A stretch of 56,695 nt of DNA, taken from the NCBI GenBank assembly GCA_013416795.1, contig RQSC01000005.1:6928-63622 (forward strand), given 5' to 3'. A program made the translations under genes and the position numbers. Positions 43,801 through 54,578 of this stretch are shown here, in pieces (within the stretch, counting starts at the first letter, position 1; each line of letters begins with the position of its first letter). The notes below the pieces were generated by a model. It was not told where the DNA came from. It made no database searches and saw only the letters and a list, made by a program, of their open reading frames with translations. This DNA comes from Prasinococcaceae sp. CCMP 1430 (lineage: Eukaryota > Plantae > Prasinodermophyta).

Positions 43801-45898
43801 TAAGATGCTCAACCTGCACGAAAGGGAGAAGTTCATGCGGGGTGAGAAGGTCGTCGCCATCATCTCCGAGGCCGCGTCCAGCGGGATCAGCCTGCACGCT
43901 GACCGGCGCTTCGAGAGCTCTTCGAGGCGCCGCCTTCACCTCACTCTCGAACTTCCATGGTCAGCGCAGCAGGCGATCCAGCAGTTCGGCAGGAGCCATC
44001 GCAGCAATCAGACGAGTGCGCCCGTGTACCGCCTCGTGGTCACGCCGTGCGGCGGCGAGAGACGATTTGCCTCGAGCGCAGCCTCGCGCCTGCAGAAGAT
44101 GGGCGCAATGCTCAAGGGAGACAGACGCGCCATGGGCGCCGGCGTCGAGCTCCAGCACTTCGATGTCGACAACGACTACGGCGCCGCCGCTGTCGAGTCT
44201 GTCCTTGACGACGTGTGTCGCGGAACCATGGAGCGAACCGGCGTCACTGCTCCAGAGCCACCGAAGGACACCGCACACTCGCCGGCCGGCACGACCTTCT
44301 TCGAATTCGCGCGGCGGGCGCTCATGTCGTGCGAAATTGTCAAGGGCGCCATGTCCCAGTCCATGCTGACAGGGCAGACACTCTACACGCCGTCGGACAA
44401 TATGCTGAACAACAAGGGAAGAGGTGCGCTTGCGCGTCGGTGTAGATGCGTGCGATTGGCGAAGGTGCGCTTGAGGGCGCGAACGCATCGGCGTTCGCCG
44501 TGCGGAGTATGCCGCTGACCGCAGCACCATGCATGTGCGTCCGTGGGCCCGTGGTTCTCTCGTCCCGTACTATTCGATGCATCACTGTCTCTCGCAGCTG
44601 TGGCGATCTTCCTGAATCGCCTCCTCGGCCTACCCATCGCCGAACAGGACGCACTCTACTCCTTCTTCTCGTCTCAGTTCGATGCTGTTGTGGAGCGCCG
44701 ACGCGCCGACGGCACGCTCGCCCGCGGCGTGCAAACCATCGAGGGGAGATCAGTTACTGTGAACAAGCCCTTCCCGCTCCTTCTGCACACCAACAACTTC
44801 GGAGGTGCCCAAACGTATCTGACCAAGGTGGAATACGACCGTGGCATGACCTTCGAGAGCGCCAAGCGCCTGCTCGAGATGCACAACGCGGCCGCGGAGG
44901 GGCGGGGGCTGCCGACCGACATGAATGGATTTTGGCTGACCCACTCTCGATGGGGCGTTGAGAAGAAGCCAAAAGTTCTGCTCGCTCTCGAGATACCCGC
45001 CACATACATCGGGCAGCGCAACAGGAAGTATCGGCGTTCGACTCCCGCCATGGTTGCCTCCGCGGACGATCACAGCGTCAACATTCTGGACGATCGGCAC
45101 CTCAGAAACACGCGCGCGGCCAGCGAGGCGAGTCTCGCCAAAGCGGAGGAGCTGTGGAACTACTGGTTCGAGGAATCTGGTACGGAGTACAAGAGGAGTT
45201 TCCCGAATTGGCTGGGGAGGAATAAGGCGCTGGGCATGCACCCGCCGTCGCCGCTGCGCTTGCAAGAGGAGTATCTCATCACGGGGGCCGTGCTGCCGCT
45301 CTTCAGGCGCATCGAGCAGACCATTTTGAGTGTCGCAGACTACTCGCGTGACGACGACGATCTCGCGGTCGCCCCGCGAGCTTTGAGGTCCACGCGCCGT
45401 GGAGACGACGATATGGATTGGATTGTTGCGGACGACGATGGGAACATGCACGGCTACGGGCAGGTGGCTCAGACGCAGCCGCAGGACAGAGACGATGCGG
45501 ATGGCTCGAGAAATAAAGAGCGGAGGAACGGTTTGAAGCTCAAGCTTGCGGTCACGACCGACACCCGCCAGCGAATCAACGGCATCTTCATCCCAACGAA
45601 GGCGCTACAGCAGATCGCAGCTCTGGTTGATGACCTCGGCGGTCTCCCGGGCGTAGCCGAGGAGGCGCTCGAGGAGGTGCTCGGGCCAGGGAAGAACCTC
45701 TGGTCGCTGATCGGGATCAAGTCTCCCGCGCAGTACGCCAAGGAACAGGCGGAGGAGCGCGCGAGGAAAGAGGCCGAGCGGCTCAAGAGGGAAGCGGCCC
45801 TGAAGGCGCAGGATGCGGCTGCCGCCGCCGCGTATGCCGCCGCCGCGCATGCCGTGACCATTGCCAAGGACGAGCACGACGAGGACATTGACATGTGA
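40818..45898 (+). CDS. SBNO: Strawberry notch homolog (SBNO/FGT1-like helicase); exons 40818-40935, 40968-41358, 41506-44423, 44598-45898
   Basis: HPDHVVET..VSPPD, SNLQLETV, GFFLGDGAGVGKGRQIA, WMS|VSNDL, LDECHRAKN, YASATGASE, VVIGLQSTGE, PNPLDDLID..VAEMTGRK, IISEAASSGISLHAD, LELPWSAQQAIQQFGRSHRSNQ, GERRFAS, IFLNRLLGL. Confidence 0.95.
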
Positions 45899-46200
45899 AT
45901 GTGAATATGCGATACAGATCGCGGGCTTGCCGCTATCATGGCGTGGATCTATTATTAGTCTACTGTAGTCTATCATCGTTATTGGAGACTCCAGTGAGTA
46001 CCACTAGCAGCTAGAATGACTAGAGACTAGTACTAGACTATTACTTGTACTGCTTGAAAGCTCTCCGCTGCTGGCGGCACGCGCCCGCCCGCCCACCGCG
46101 CGTCGCGTGGCATGGTGTGCGCGCCCATGTCCAGTGCTGGCTGGCCGAGGAAAATCGTTGCATCCGCCTTCATCCCGCGGGCCTTTGCTGCGCGTCTGGC

Positions 46201-46287
46201 GCCGGACAAGAAATCGCATGCGTGACATTCGATCCATTCGATTTGGCCTTCGTGCCGAGGAACCGAACATTCCCCGTCAACTCGCAT
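46201..46287 (+). repeat. Dispersed repeat copy B (core; looser homology about 46080-46310)
   Basis: Same orientation as copy A at 38914-39000, 73/87 identical. Confidence 0.85.
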
Positions 46288-46507
46288 GCGAGCGCGATAC
46301 CTCAAACTTCCGCACTCGTTTTGATGGGCGCGAAGGCACGAACGAACGCGCGCTCGCGACCGCGCACGCCGCACGCCGAGTTCGCAGCAGGCCCTGCGGC
46401 GAGGAGAGGCGCCCACTGTGCGCGCCGTCAGCGCGGCAAGGCGCACGCGGTGAGGCGCCGCCTGAGGGGGGAGGAGCACGTGGGTGCGGAGGGATCGGTC
46501 GGCCGCG

Positions 46508-46622
46508 ATGGCGCGAGGCGGCGACCGCGAGTTTGATGTGGTCGTCTACGGCGCCACCGGCTTCACGGGGGCGCGCGTCGCCGCAGAGTGCGCGGCGCAG
46601 GCGGCCGCGTTGGCGGCCGCAG
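46508..46622 (+). CDS. First exon of a saccharopine dehydrogenase-like oxidoreductase (NAD(P)-binding N-terminus)
   Basis: MARGGDREFDVVVYGATGFTGARVAAECA followed by a CAG|GTATTC donor. The remaining exons are not seen. Confidence 0.7.
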
Positions 46623-46670
46623 GTATTCCTGCGACTGTAGGTGGGGGGCGCGTGCTTCGCGGGGGGGGGG

Positions 46671-47809
46671 CGCCCCCGCGCGCGGCTGAGGCCGCGGCGC
46701 GCGCGCGGGACGGCGCAGCTTCGCTCGCATCGATTCTTTCAGCAGGCGATGCGCAGCTCGCGGCCGACGGCGGTGGCTCAGATGCTCTCGCGTCGGCGGA
46801 CGCGCTGGCAGGCGGTGCAGGGGGCGAAGTCGCGGGGCGATGGCAGGCGTTCTCGAGCTGGGCGCGCTCTGGCGCCGCCAAGGATCATGCGCACTTGGTG
46901 GAAGCTGTCCTTGATGCTGCTCGGGACGGGCCGCAGGCGCTTGCGGCGCTTGCAGATGCGCTTGACGGCTCGGCGGCATTCGCGCGTGGGGCCATGGACC
47001 TGGCCCGCCACGGCGTGGATGCGGGTGACGGGGTGAACAATGAGGACGTCCTGCTCGGTGAGGACGAGGATGACATTCTCGACGACCTCGTCCCGGACGA
47101 CGAGCTCGACGTGCTGAGCGCGCGGCTCGCTGCTGGTGGGCTGAGCGCCGCCGAGGAGCGTGACCTGACAGAGCGCTGGCACCTCAAGGCGAGCATGTTA
47201 GGCGACGACTTGGCAGAGGGCATGCGCGCCTCGGAGGGCATTGACGAGCCGCTTTCGCTGGAGATCGACCGCGTGCTCGCCGATGAGATCACGCTCGGCC
47301 GTGCGGGCGGCGACGGCAGCAACGCGAGTGAGGACGACAGGCGCGAGCTGGGCGACCTCTTCCATCGCAAGCGCAATAAGCTCGCGCTGCAGGCAATGAT
47401 GGCACCGACTGCTCTGCCTGATTTCCGAGTCTTTGCCAAACTTGTGGACGCCAAGGGTCGCATCCGCCCGCGCTACCACACGAAGCTGAGCAAGCAGGCG
47501 CAGAACGTCGCCGCCAAGCGCATCAAGATGATGCGCAACCTCGGCCTGGTGCCCATCGAGGCTGGCTGGGATCGCCTCGGCGAGGACGGCGCACGAACGC
47601 TGACGGACTACGTGCCCATCGACAATCCCTCGCCAGACTCACTCTATCGTGACCTTATCGACCCCGAAGACAAGACCCCTTTCGACTGGTTCGGAGGTGG
47701 GGGGCAGACGGACGATGGTGCCGGCAAGTCCCGTGAGAGCTTCAGGGACCAGATGCGCAGGCTGGCGCTCGAGAGGCAGGGCAAGGCGAAGGGCGCCGAC
47801 AAGGAGTGA
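46671..47809 (+). CDS. Ribosomal protein bS18-domain protein with long extensions (probably mitoribosomal); true start unresolved
   Basis: PDFRVFAKLVDAKGRIRPRYHTKLSKQAQNVAAKRIKMMRNLGLVP (about 47417-47553) fits the S18 fold pattern. Confidence 0.65.
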
Positions 47810-48042
47810 TGACGCGCGCACGTGCGAGACTTTGCTGTTTATGGCCGCTCTTGCGCCGCCGGCGGTGCGGATTAAAACATTTTTCCCTCCCCCCCCCCCC
47901 CTTCCACCGGCTCTCGTAGCGCACGAACGACTGACCCCAGCGCATGAGCGCGGCACGCACCTCGAGCGCGCGTGTGCGTCGCGCCGTGTGTGTGAATTTT
48001 TGTTACATTTCTATGCCGCGAGCTGCCTTGTGTCCAAGCGAC

Positions 48043-50139
48043 TCACGAGGTAGAACTCTCCCCCTTGAGCGCCATCTCGACGAGTGTCTCGAGCTTGGCC
48101 GCCTCACCCTCGGTCGAGCTCTGTCCGTCCTTGGGCGATGCCGTCTTGCGCAGGTTGGGGCTGAGTTTGAGCGCGGTGACGCAGCCGCGATCGTCGCCCA
48201 CGATGAGCACCGGGCTCTTCGGGTTGAAGGCGAGCTTCGTAAGCTTTGCCTTGCGCACGACCTTCTGCTCGCACATAGCCTCGTGCCTATTCTCCGCGAG
48301 GTCGAAGACGTGCACCTTTCCGTCGCTGGTGGCAGCCGCAAAAACACTGGATGAGTAGGGCGCCCACGCAGCGTCTCCCACGGCGTTATTGAGGTCGAAT
48401 GTCATGACAGGCTTGGCGATCGTGTGGTCCCACATCTTGACGGTCCAGTCGGCGCTCGCACTCAGGAACATGCGGGGGTGCATGTTGTTCCACGCGACTG
48501 TCACCACGCCCATGTTGTGGCCGGTGTAGGTCTCCATGTATTGCGAGTTGTACGCCTTGGAGCACTTGTGAATGAAGCCCTCCTCCGTTCCTACCACGAA
48601 GAGGTGATCCGAGGTCTTGTTGAAATCGAATGCGCAGCCGCTCGCCAGCGATCCCAGCGTGGCATCGTCCTCCGCGTCCGCGTCCGCGCCGGGCGTCACA
48701 AGTTTGAGCTCCATGGCGTCCTCCGAGGTGAGCTCCGTCTTGGACATGGTCCACAGCGTGACGCGCCCGTCGCTCGAGACCGAGTAGAAGTTGAGCTCCT
48801 TGCTCAGGTCCTCCTCTTGCCACTTGATCTGCCAGACGGGTTCCGTGTGTTTGCCCGACAGCACCGTGCTCTGGAAAATGGGGCGGTTGAGCTTGTTGCG
48901 CACGTCGAACACCTGCACGCTGCCGTCGTAGCAGCCCACAGCCAGCAGACTGCAGTGCTGCGGGTGAAAGTCCACGCACATGACGCCCGACTCGGTGGTG
49001 AAAACGGCTTCGGGATGCGAGGGATTCTTCAGCGAATAGCAGCACACCAGCCCGCTGCCCTGGCGCAGGAAGTCGAAGCTGCCGTACCCCACAGCGAACA
49101 AGTCTGCGTACTCGGGGTTCCAGCAAAGCGACGTCACATGCTTGCGCTTCGCGCGCTCCGAATAGAATTTCCACAGCGGCAGGAGCGTGCCCTCGCCCTC
49201 GCGGTACATGTCACTGGCGTCCTCCCAGTACTTGAAGTCCTGCGCGATGTCGTCGAAGCTGTTCTGGTTGGCCATGCGCTCCATCACGCGCGTCGCGCGC
49301 CGCATCGCGTCCGAGTGCATCACGCCACCCTCCTGCTTCTTCTTCGACGGCTTGTCGTCGCTAGCGTCATCTGCCGCCGGCGGTGCCTTGCCGCGCGCCT
49401 TCTTGGCGGCCTCCTTGCGCCTCTGTTGCTCCTTCATGAGGCGCTGCTCCTCCTGGTCGGCGAGGTATGCGTCGTAGATTTCCCACTGCGTGGCATGGCC
49501 AGTGTAGGTGGAGAGCGGTGGCGGGTCCGTGAAGGTTTCGCGGTCGCGCGTGGCGTTGTTCAGCGTTTGCGCAGCGCGCTCGGAGTAGTTGAATTGGTTG
49601 CGCCCGAGCTCCTGCGGCGCGTCCCCGCCAGCCGCATCGTCGTCAGCGGCTGCTCCGGCGTCGACGCCGGCAGTCGTGGTGCCGCCAGCATCGGAGGCAC
49701 CCTCTGCGGCGTCGGCCTGCGTGCCCGGCGTGGGCGAGGGGCTGGCTGCCGCCGCCATCGCGGCCGCGTGCGCACGCCTCGCCTCGTCCTCCGCCTTGTC
49801 CAACTCAATCTGCCGCTTGGCCTCGTCGCTCGTGGTGTGCAGCAGCCATCCATCCATGGCGAAGTGGATCTGCGTCTGCGAGATGAGCGACTGTGCCTTG
49901 TACCCACGCTCCTTGTGCACGAACACGGCCACGTTAGAAGGCGCGCTCGGGTTGTTCGCCGTCAGCATCGTCGTGTGCTCCTCTGCCAGCTCCTCTTCGG
50001 TCAGCTCGAGCTGGTTGGGTGGCTTGACCACGACGCGCTCGGGCGGTGCCCATGAGTCGACTGGTGCGGGTGTCTCTACAACCACGGCCTCTTCGGCCGC
50101 GGGGGCGGCCTTGGGCTTGGCATCTTTCGACACCCGGCC
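48043..50139 (-). CDS. DNAI1: Axonemal outer-arm dynein intermediate chain IC1/IC78 (DNAI1/ODA9-like), main exon
   Basis: VVKPPNQLELTEEEL..MLTANNPSAP..DGWLLHTTSDEAKRQ, LGRNQFNYSERAAQT, DFKYWEDASD..EGTLLPLWKF, WD40 repeats. AAG acceptor at 50140-50142; first exon not resolved. Confidence 0.93.
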   Translation of the reverse strand, partial: GRVSKDAKPKAAPAAEEAVVVETPAPVDSWAPPERVVVKPPNQLELTEEELAEEHTTMLTANNPSAPSNVAVFVHKERGYKAQSLISQTQIHFAMDGWLLHTTSDEAKRQIELDKAEDEARRAHAAAMAAAASPSPTPGTQADAAEGASDAGGTTTAGVDAGAAADDDAAGGDAPQELGRNQFNYSERAAQTLNNATRDRETFTDPPPLSTYTGHATQWEIYDAYLADQEEQRLMKEQQRRKEAAKKARGKAPPAADDASDDKPSKKKQEGGVMHSDAMRRATRVMERMANQNSFDDIAQDFKYWEDASDMYREGEGTLLPLWKFYSERAKRKHVTSLCWNPEYADLFAVGYGSFDFLRQGSGLVCCYSLKNPSHPEAVFTTESGVMCVDFHPQHCSLLAVGCYDGSVQVFDVRNKLNRPIFQSTVLSGKHTEPVWQIKWQEEDLSKELNFYSVSSDGRVTLWTMSKTELTSEDAMELKLVTPGADADAEDDATLGSLASGCAFDFNKTSDHLFVVGTEEGFIHKCSKAYNSQYMETYTGHNMGVVTVAWNNMHPRMFLSASADWTVKMWDHTIAKPVMTFDLNNAVGDAAWAPYSSSVFAAATSDGKVHVFDLAENRHEAMCEQKVVRKAKLTKLAFNPKSPVLIVGDDRGCVTALKLSPNLRKTASPKDGQSSTEGEAAKLETLVEMALKGESSTS

Positions 50140-51306
50140 CTTTGGGGAGGCGCGCGCGAGAGAGAGCAAGGTGTGAACGGGTGGCAGCAGGGGGCGCGAG
50201 TCAGCGCTCGCACGCAACACACAAAGCTCAGTACTGCGCACGCAGAGCGGTCCATGCGCGAGGCGCCGGCAGGCGGGAAATGATTGATGCCGAAGAGACG
50301 GCAGGCGCGTCGGCAGGTTGCACCCAGCGCATTGCGCCCTGACGCTGCCCACGCCCGGCTGTCTGTGCGAGCGGTCTGCGCATGCCCGCTCCCGAATGCT
50401 GTCGCGCTGCCGCGATACCAGTGGGTACATGTGCTCTGCGCGCGCGCGCGCGTGAGGGGGTGCGAGCAAGCCCGCCCGCGCCACAGGCGATCGCAGTAGC
50501 GCGTCCCTCAGGGGGGTTCACGGAGTGAAGGTCCTAGCAAGACAGGGGGGGGGAGGGGAAGAACCTTGCGCGACGCGGCGCGCAGCAGCAAGTCCAGCGA
50601 GGCGCGTGGGCATGGGGCCCGCGCGCGCTCGTTTTTTTCGTTTTTGTTTCGTGCATTTTTGTGGACTCGGAGGGGGAAAAAGCGCCGCGCCATCGCGCGC
50701 CCACACACGCGAACGCGTGGCGTGCAGGTGCGCCAACCGTGGCGGGTACGCGGGCGCGCAGCACCCAATGAAGCCCCCCCATCCTCCCTCCCTCGCACGT
50801 CTACGTCCACGCGCTTGGCTCCCAGCGCGCGCGGCGTGGCTGGCGCTCGCATGCCCGTGCTGCGGGCCTTCTGTTCCCCGAACGGAACGCGCTCGCGCAC
50901 CGGCTGCGCTGCCAAACCGGCGTGCCCGCCCACGCGCGCCCCTCCCCAGAGGGCCGCGCGCGCGCGCCAGCTTGACCCCTCCCGCTCGCGGTCCGCGTCC
51001 CCTCCCGACTCACCTTCTTAGGTGGCATGGCTGCACGCCCCGGGCGCCTGCGCGGCGCGCCCGCGTGCCACCCGCAAGGCCATCGCGTCCCGGGCTTCGC
51101 GTGCGCGCCGCGCCCGCGCCTATGCTGCAGCGCGGGCCGACCAGCCCGACCGCCGGCGGGCCGGCCGTTGCCCACCCGAATGGGACCCGGCCCACCAGCC
51201 AGCGCTGCGGCGGGGCATGCGCGCACATACGCGTGCGCACATGCACATGCCACTTGCGCGCGCGCGCCCGATGGGGAACGCGGCGCCCCCTTCCCAAGAG
51301 GGTAGG

Positions 51307-51385
51307 CAATCTGCATACCATCTGATGGTACAGTACCATCAGCTGATGGTACACGTGTACGTACCATGATGGTACCATCAGATTG
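51307..51385. repeat. Array of overlapping palindromes built from TACCATC/GATGGTA
   Basis: taccatc-t-gatggta (51316-51330), gtaccatcagctgatggtac (51333-51352), gtacacgtgtac (51349-51360), gtaccat-g-atggtac (51361-51375), gatggtaccatc (51368-51379), all bracketed by caatctg/cagattg. Confidence 0.9.
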
Positions 51386-51946
51386 TACGTTCAACGCGCC
51401 GCACCAAAACGAACCTAAACCGCCCGAACCCGCATCGCATGCGGCATTGAGAAATGACGAGCCTTTGGACAAAACCCTTACTCTAGCTAGATCAGGGACC
51501 TGAGCCGCCCCCGATGTTCCAAGGTTCTTTCGATCAAGAAATTCGGATGTAATCGCCCGTGGGCATATGTGATGCTACAAGTGGATGCATTTCTGAGATC
51601 ATGTGTGTGTGGGGGCGGGCAAGCGGGAGCAGCATGGCCGTGGCGGCGGTTGTTGGCGCGCCGCCGCGCGACGTCGGTGCGCGCGCACAGTGCGCACGCC
51701 GCGCAGCGCTGCGCTGCCCTGCGCTGCGCTGCCGAGGTCGGGCGGCCGCCTCCGCGCGCCACGTGCGCGTCGTGCAGGCGGTGGGCGGAGCTTTTGACCC
51801 CTCCTCGGAAAAGGGCGCGGCGTGGACGAGCGCGACGCTTGCGGGGGCGCCCGCCGCGCCGACGCGATGCGGCCTCAGACGCCCTCGGCTGCGCGGGGCG
51901 CGCAGCGGCGCCGGGTGGCCGCGCCGGGCCGTGGGCGGGTGCGAGA

Positions 51947-53839
51947 ATGGCCGCGGCGGCCGAGACAAAGGGAGCGTCAGCAGCGTGGGTGCGTGCGCGG
52001 CGAGATGCTGTGGGCCAAAAGGCGATGGCACTCGCTCGTGCTCTGTCATCCAGCTCGGCGGGGCCGTCCCCCATGTCGCAGCCAGCAGCCCACCTCGACG
52101 AGGCCATGCGTCGGCCCGTGGCGGAGGCGCTCGCCAGGCGTCAGCTCGACGGAGTCCGCGTCAACGGCATTCTCACCGTGGGACCGCCGGAGGCCGAGCC
52201 GGACGCTCCCTGCGACGCCTACCGTGTCTACCTCGTGACAGGGGACCTGCGGGGCGCGGGGAGCGCATGCGGCGTGCGCGTGAAGCTGAGCGGCGCGGTG
52301 CGCGAGTCGGGGTGGGTGCAGCTCACCGACGTGCACGACCATCCGCTCGAGCGAGCGAGCATCGAGGAGTTTGACGTGGACGTAAGGCAGACCGGCGGCA
52401 AGGGGGGCGGCGAGCGCCGTGGCGACATCGGTGAGTGCGCCGTGGACGAGCGCGCGGCGGGGGGCGAAGGTGAAGGCGATGCCTTGGACGATGGGAGGGG
52501 ACCCGTCCCTACGCACGGCCTCGGCGAGCTCTTGGGCTTTGAAGTTTTCTTTGACAAGGGCGGCGAAGAGCAGCGTGTGGACGGCTGGTTCCTCGACCGC
52601 GCCGAGGTGACGCATCGTCGCTCGGGCGAACGCTGGGTGTTTCCTTGCGCGCGGTGGTTCGGTGAGGCGGCTGGGCCGGACTCGCCTGCGAGGGTCTTCC
52701 AGCGGCTGGTGCCACGTTCGGGCGACGCCATGGGGCACGGAGTGGCGCACGGGCGGGACGTTCCCGGCCATGCCCGCGCCGCGCGGCCGCTGCGCGTGCG
52801 GCCGGCGGACGCGCCCAAGCTGCGCCTGCACTGCGGCGCTGCGGCAGTGCCGCACCCGAAAAAGGTGCAGCAGGGCATTCGGGGTGCGGTCTTGCGCGAG
52901 GAGGGATACGCCGGCGAGGACGCGTACTTCGTGTTGCGAGGCGGGCAGCACGCCATCGGCGTTGCTGATGGGGTCTACCTGTGGCGCGACCACGGCATCG
53001 ACGCCGGCGAGTTCGCGCGCTCGCTTATGAGCGCAGCGAAGAGCGCAGCCGCCGCCCTTGGCGACCCTGTCGACGTGCTCAGAGTGGCCAGGCAGGCGGT
53101 GAGGGACATGCCCGGGGTCAAAGGGAGCTGCACGGCGTGCGTGCTCACGCTGGATTGCAACGCGGGCGTGATTCGAAGCGCGAACATCGGCGACAGCGGT
53201 TTTGCCGTCTTCCGACCGAGCGGTCGTGTGGCCTTTCACACGCCGCAGCAGGAGTACAACTTTGGTTGTCCGTACCAGCTCGGCCATCACGAGGGTGCCA
53301 ACGAGGCCGACGATGCACAAGTGGCGACCGTGGCAGTGGACTCGGGGGACATCATCGTCGCAGGAAGGTGCGAGCATTGCAGTGTGCGGTCGAAAGCAAA
53401 GATGACGTCGCGCCGGTGGAGCGCGCGCGCGCGCGCGCGCAGTTCCCTTCGCCAGCGTCGCTGACGCACCGAGACGTGCGCACGCTCGCATCCGTGTGGC
53501 GCTTGGGCTAACGCGCCTGTGCCCGTGTGCAGCGATGGCCTATGGGACAACCTATTCGACACCGAGATCAGCGAGCTGCTCCAGCCCTTGCGACAGATTG
53601 ACGTCGAGGACCCCAACATTCGCAGCGCGCACATGGAGCAGGCGAGCGCTGCCGTGGCGCGCGCCATCGTCGCTGCCTCGCTGGAGGCGAGCACGGACCG
53701 CCGGCGCGTCACTCCATACAGCAGGGGGGCCTCTGAGGAGTTCGACATGTGCTACTCGGGCGGCAAGAGGGACGACATTGCCGTGGTGGTCGCACGAGTG
53801 AGCTCGGCGTCGGAGTTCGCCGACAGCCTGTGCGGCTGA
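51947..53839 (+). CDS. PLAT/LH2 domain fused to a PTC7-like PP2C phosphatase; exons 51947-53367 and 53533-53839 (start may lie further upstream)
   Basis: PLAT: YRVYLVTGDLRGAGS..VRVKLSG..WFLDRAEV..FPCARW. PP2C: PHPKK..GEDAYF, GVADGV, GSCTAC, ANIGDSGF, QQEYNFGCPYQLG, AG|SDGLWDNL, GGKRDDIAVVV. Confidence 0.88.
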
Positions 53840-54578
53840 ACGCATCGCCGGGGCCGCCCGCGCCCGGCCCACCGGCGGGCGGCGCTAGGCCAGCGGCGCT
53901 GGCGCCGCCGGTGCGCGAGCGCTCCCACTCCCGCCTAAGATTCATATCAAAATACATTCAGCCTCTCTGGTCCGACGACACATGACGATGTGTACGTGGC
54001 ATATACACTTCATGCCCATGCTCTGGCGCTGGTTCAGGTCAATGCGGGACGCGGATGCGTTTTGACCTGCGACAGCGGCCGGGCGTGCGGTCCAACGCGG
54101 GTGCGCGCGCGCGCGCGGCGCGCAGCCGCCGCCGTCGATCGCCACGCGCCGCGCGCGCGGCTGCGGCGCCGACCGCTCGGAGGAGGGCGCGCAGGCGCGG
54201 CGATGGGGGTAGAAGGGCGGGGGTGGGGGCCCAGCGGATCGCAGCCCGGATGGTTAGCGCCCCGTTGCGCCCTCGCCACGCCCGCCCGCCGTACCGCGGC
54301 GGGAGCGTTTCGTACGTGCGTGCGCTGACCGATGCGCGCCTTTGACCCACCGCGGTGCGCCATGCCGCGCCGCGCAATGCCATGCCTCGCCTTGCGCGTG
54401 CGCGTGCGCGCGCATTGCCCGCACCTCCTCTCTGGTGTCGACCCCACCCGTGCCAATCTCGACTCCTGCTCACCACGCCCACCACACGCGGCCTACACTC
54501 CTGCGCGCGTTCCGCATTCCGCCCGCCCGGCCTGTCCCACTCCACCCGACGCGTACCCCTCACCAGCTCGGCGACGCC

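Noticed and set aside
41506-44423. Strawberry notch read as a phage or plasmid defence helicase
   Set aside because: It has spliceosomal introns and the full eukaryotic SBNO motif set, so it is an ordinary nuclear gene. No PHD finger was seen in the linker.
51307-51385. CRISPR-like or tRNA-like interpretation of the palindrome array
   Set aside because: No constant-length repeats with unique spacers, no cloverleaf or A/B boxes, and no cas genes.
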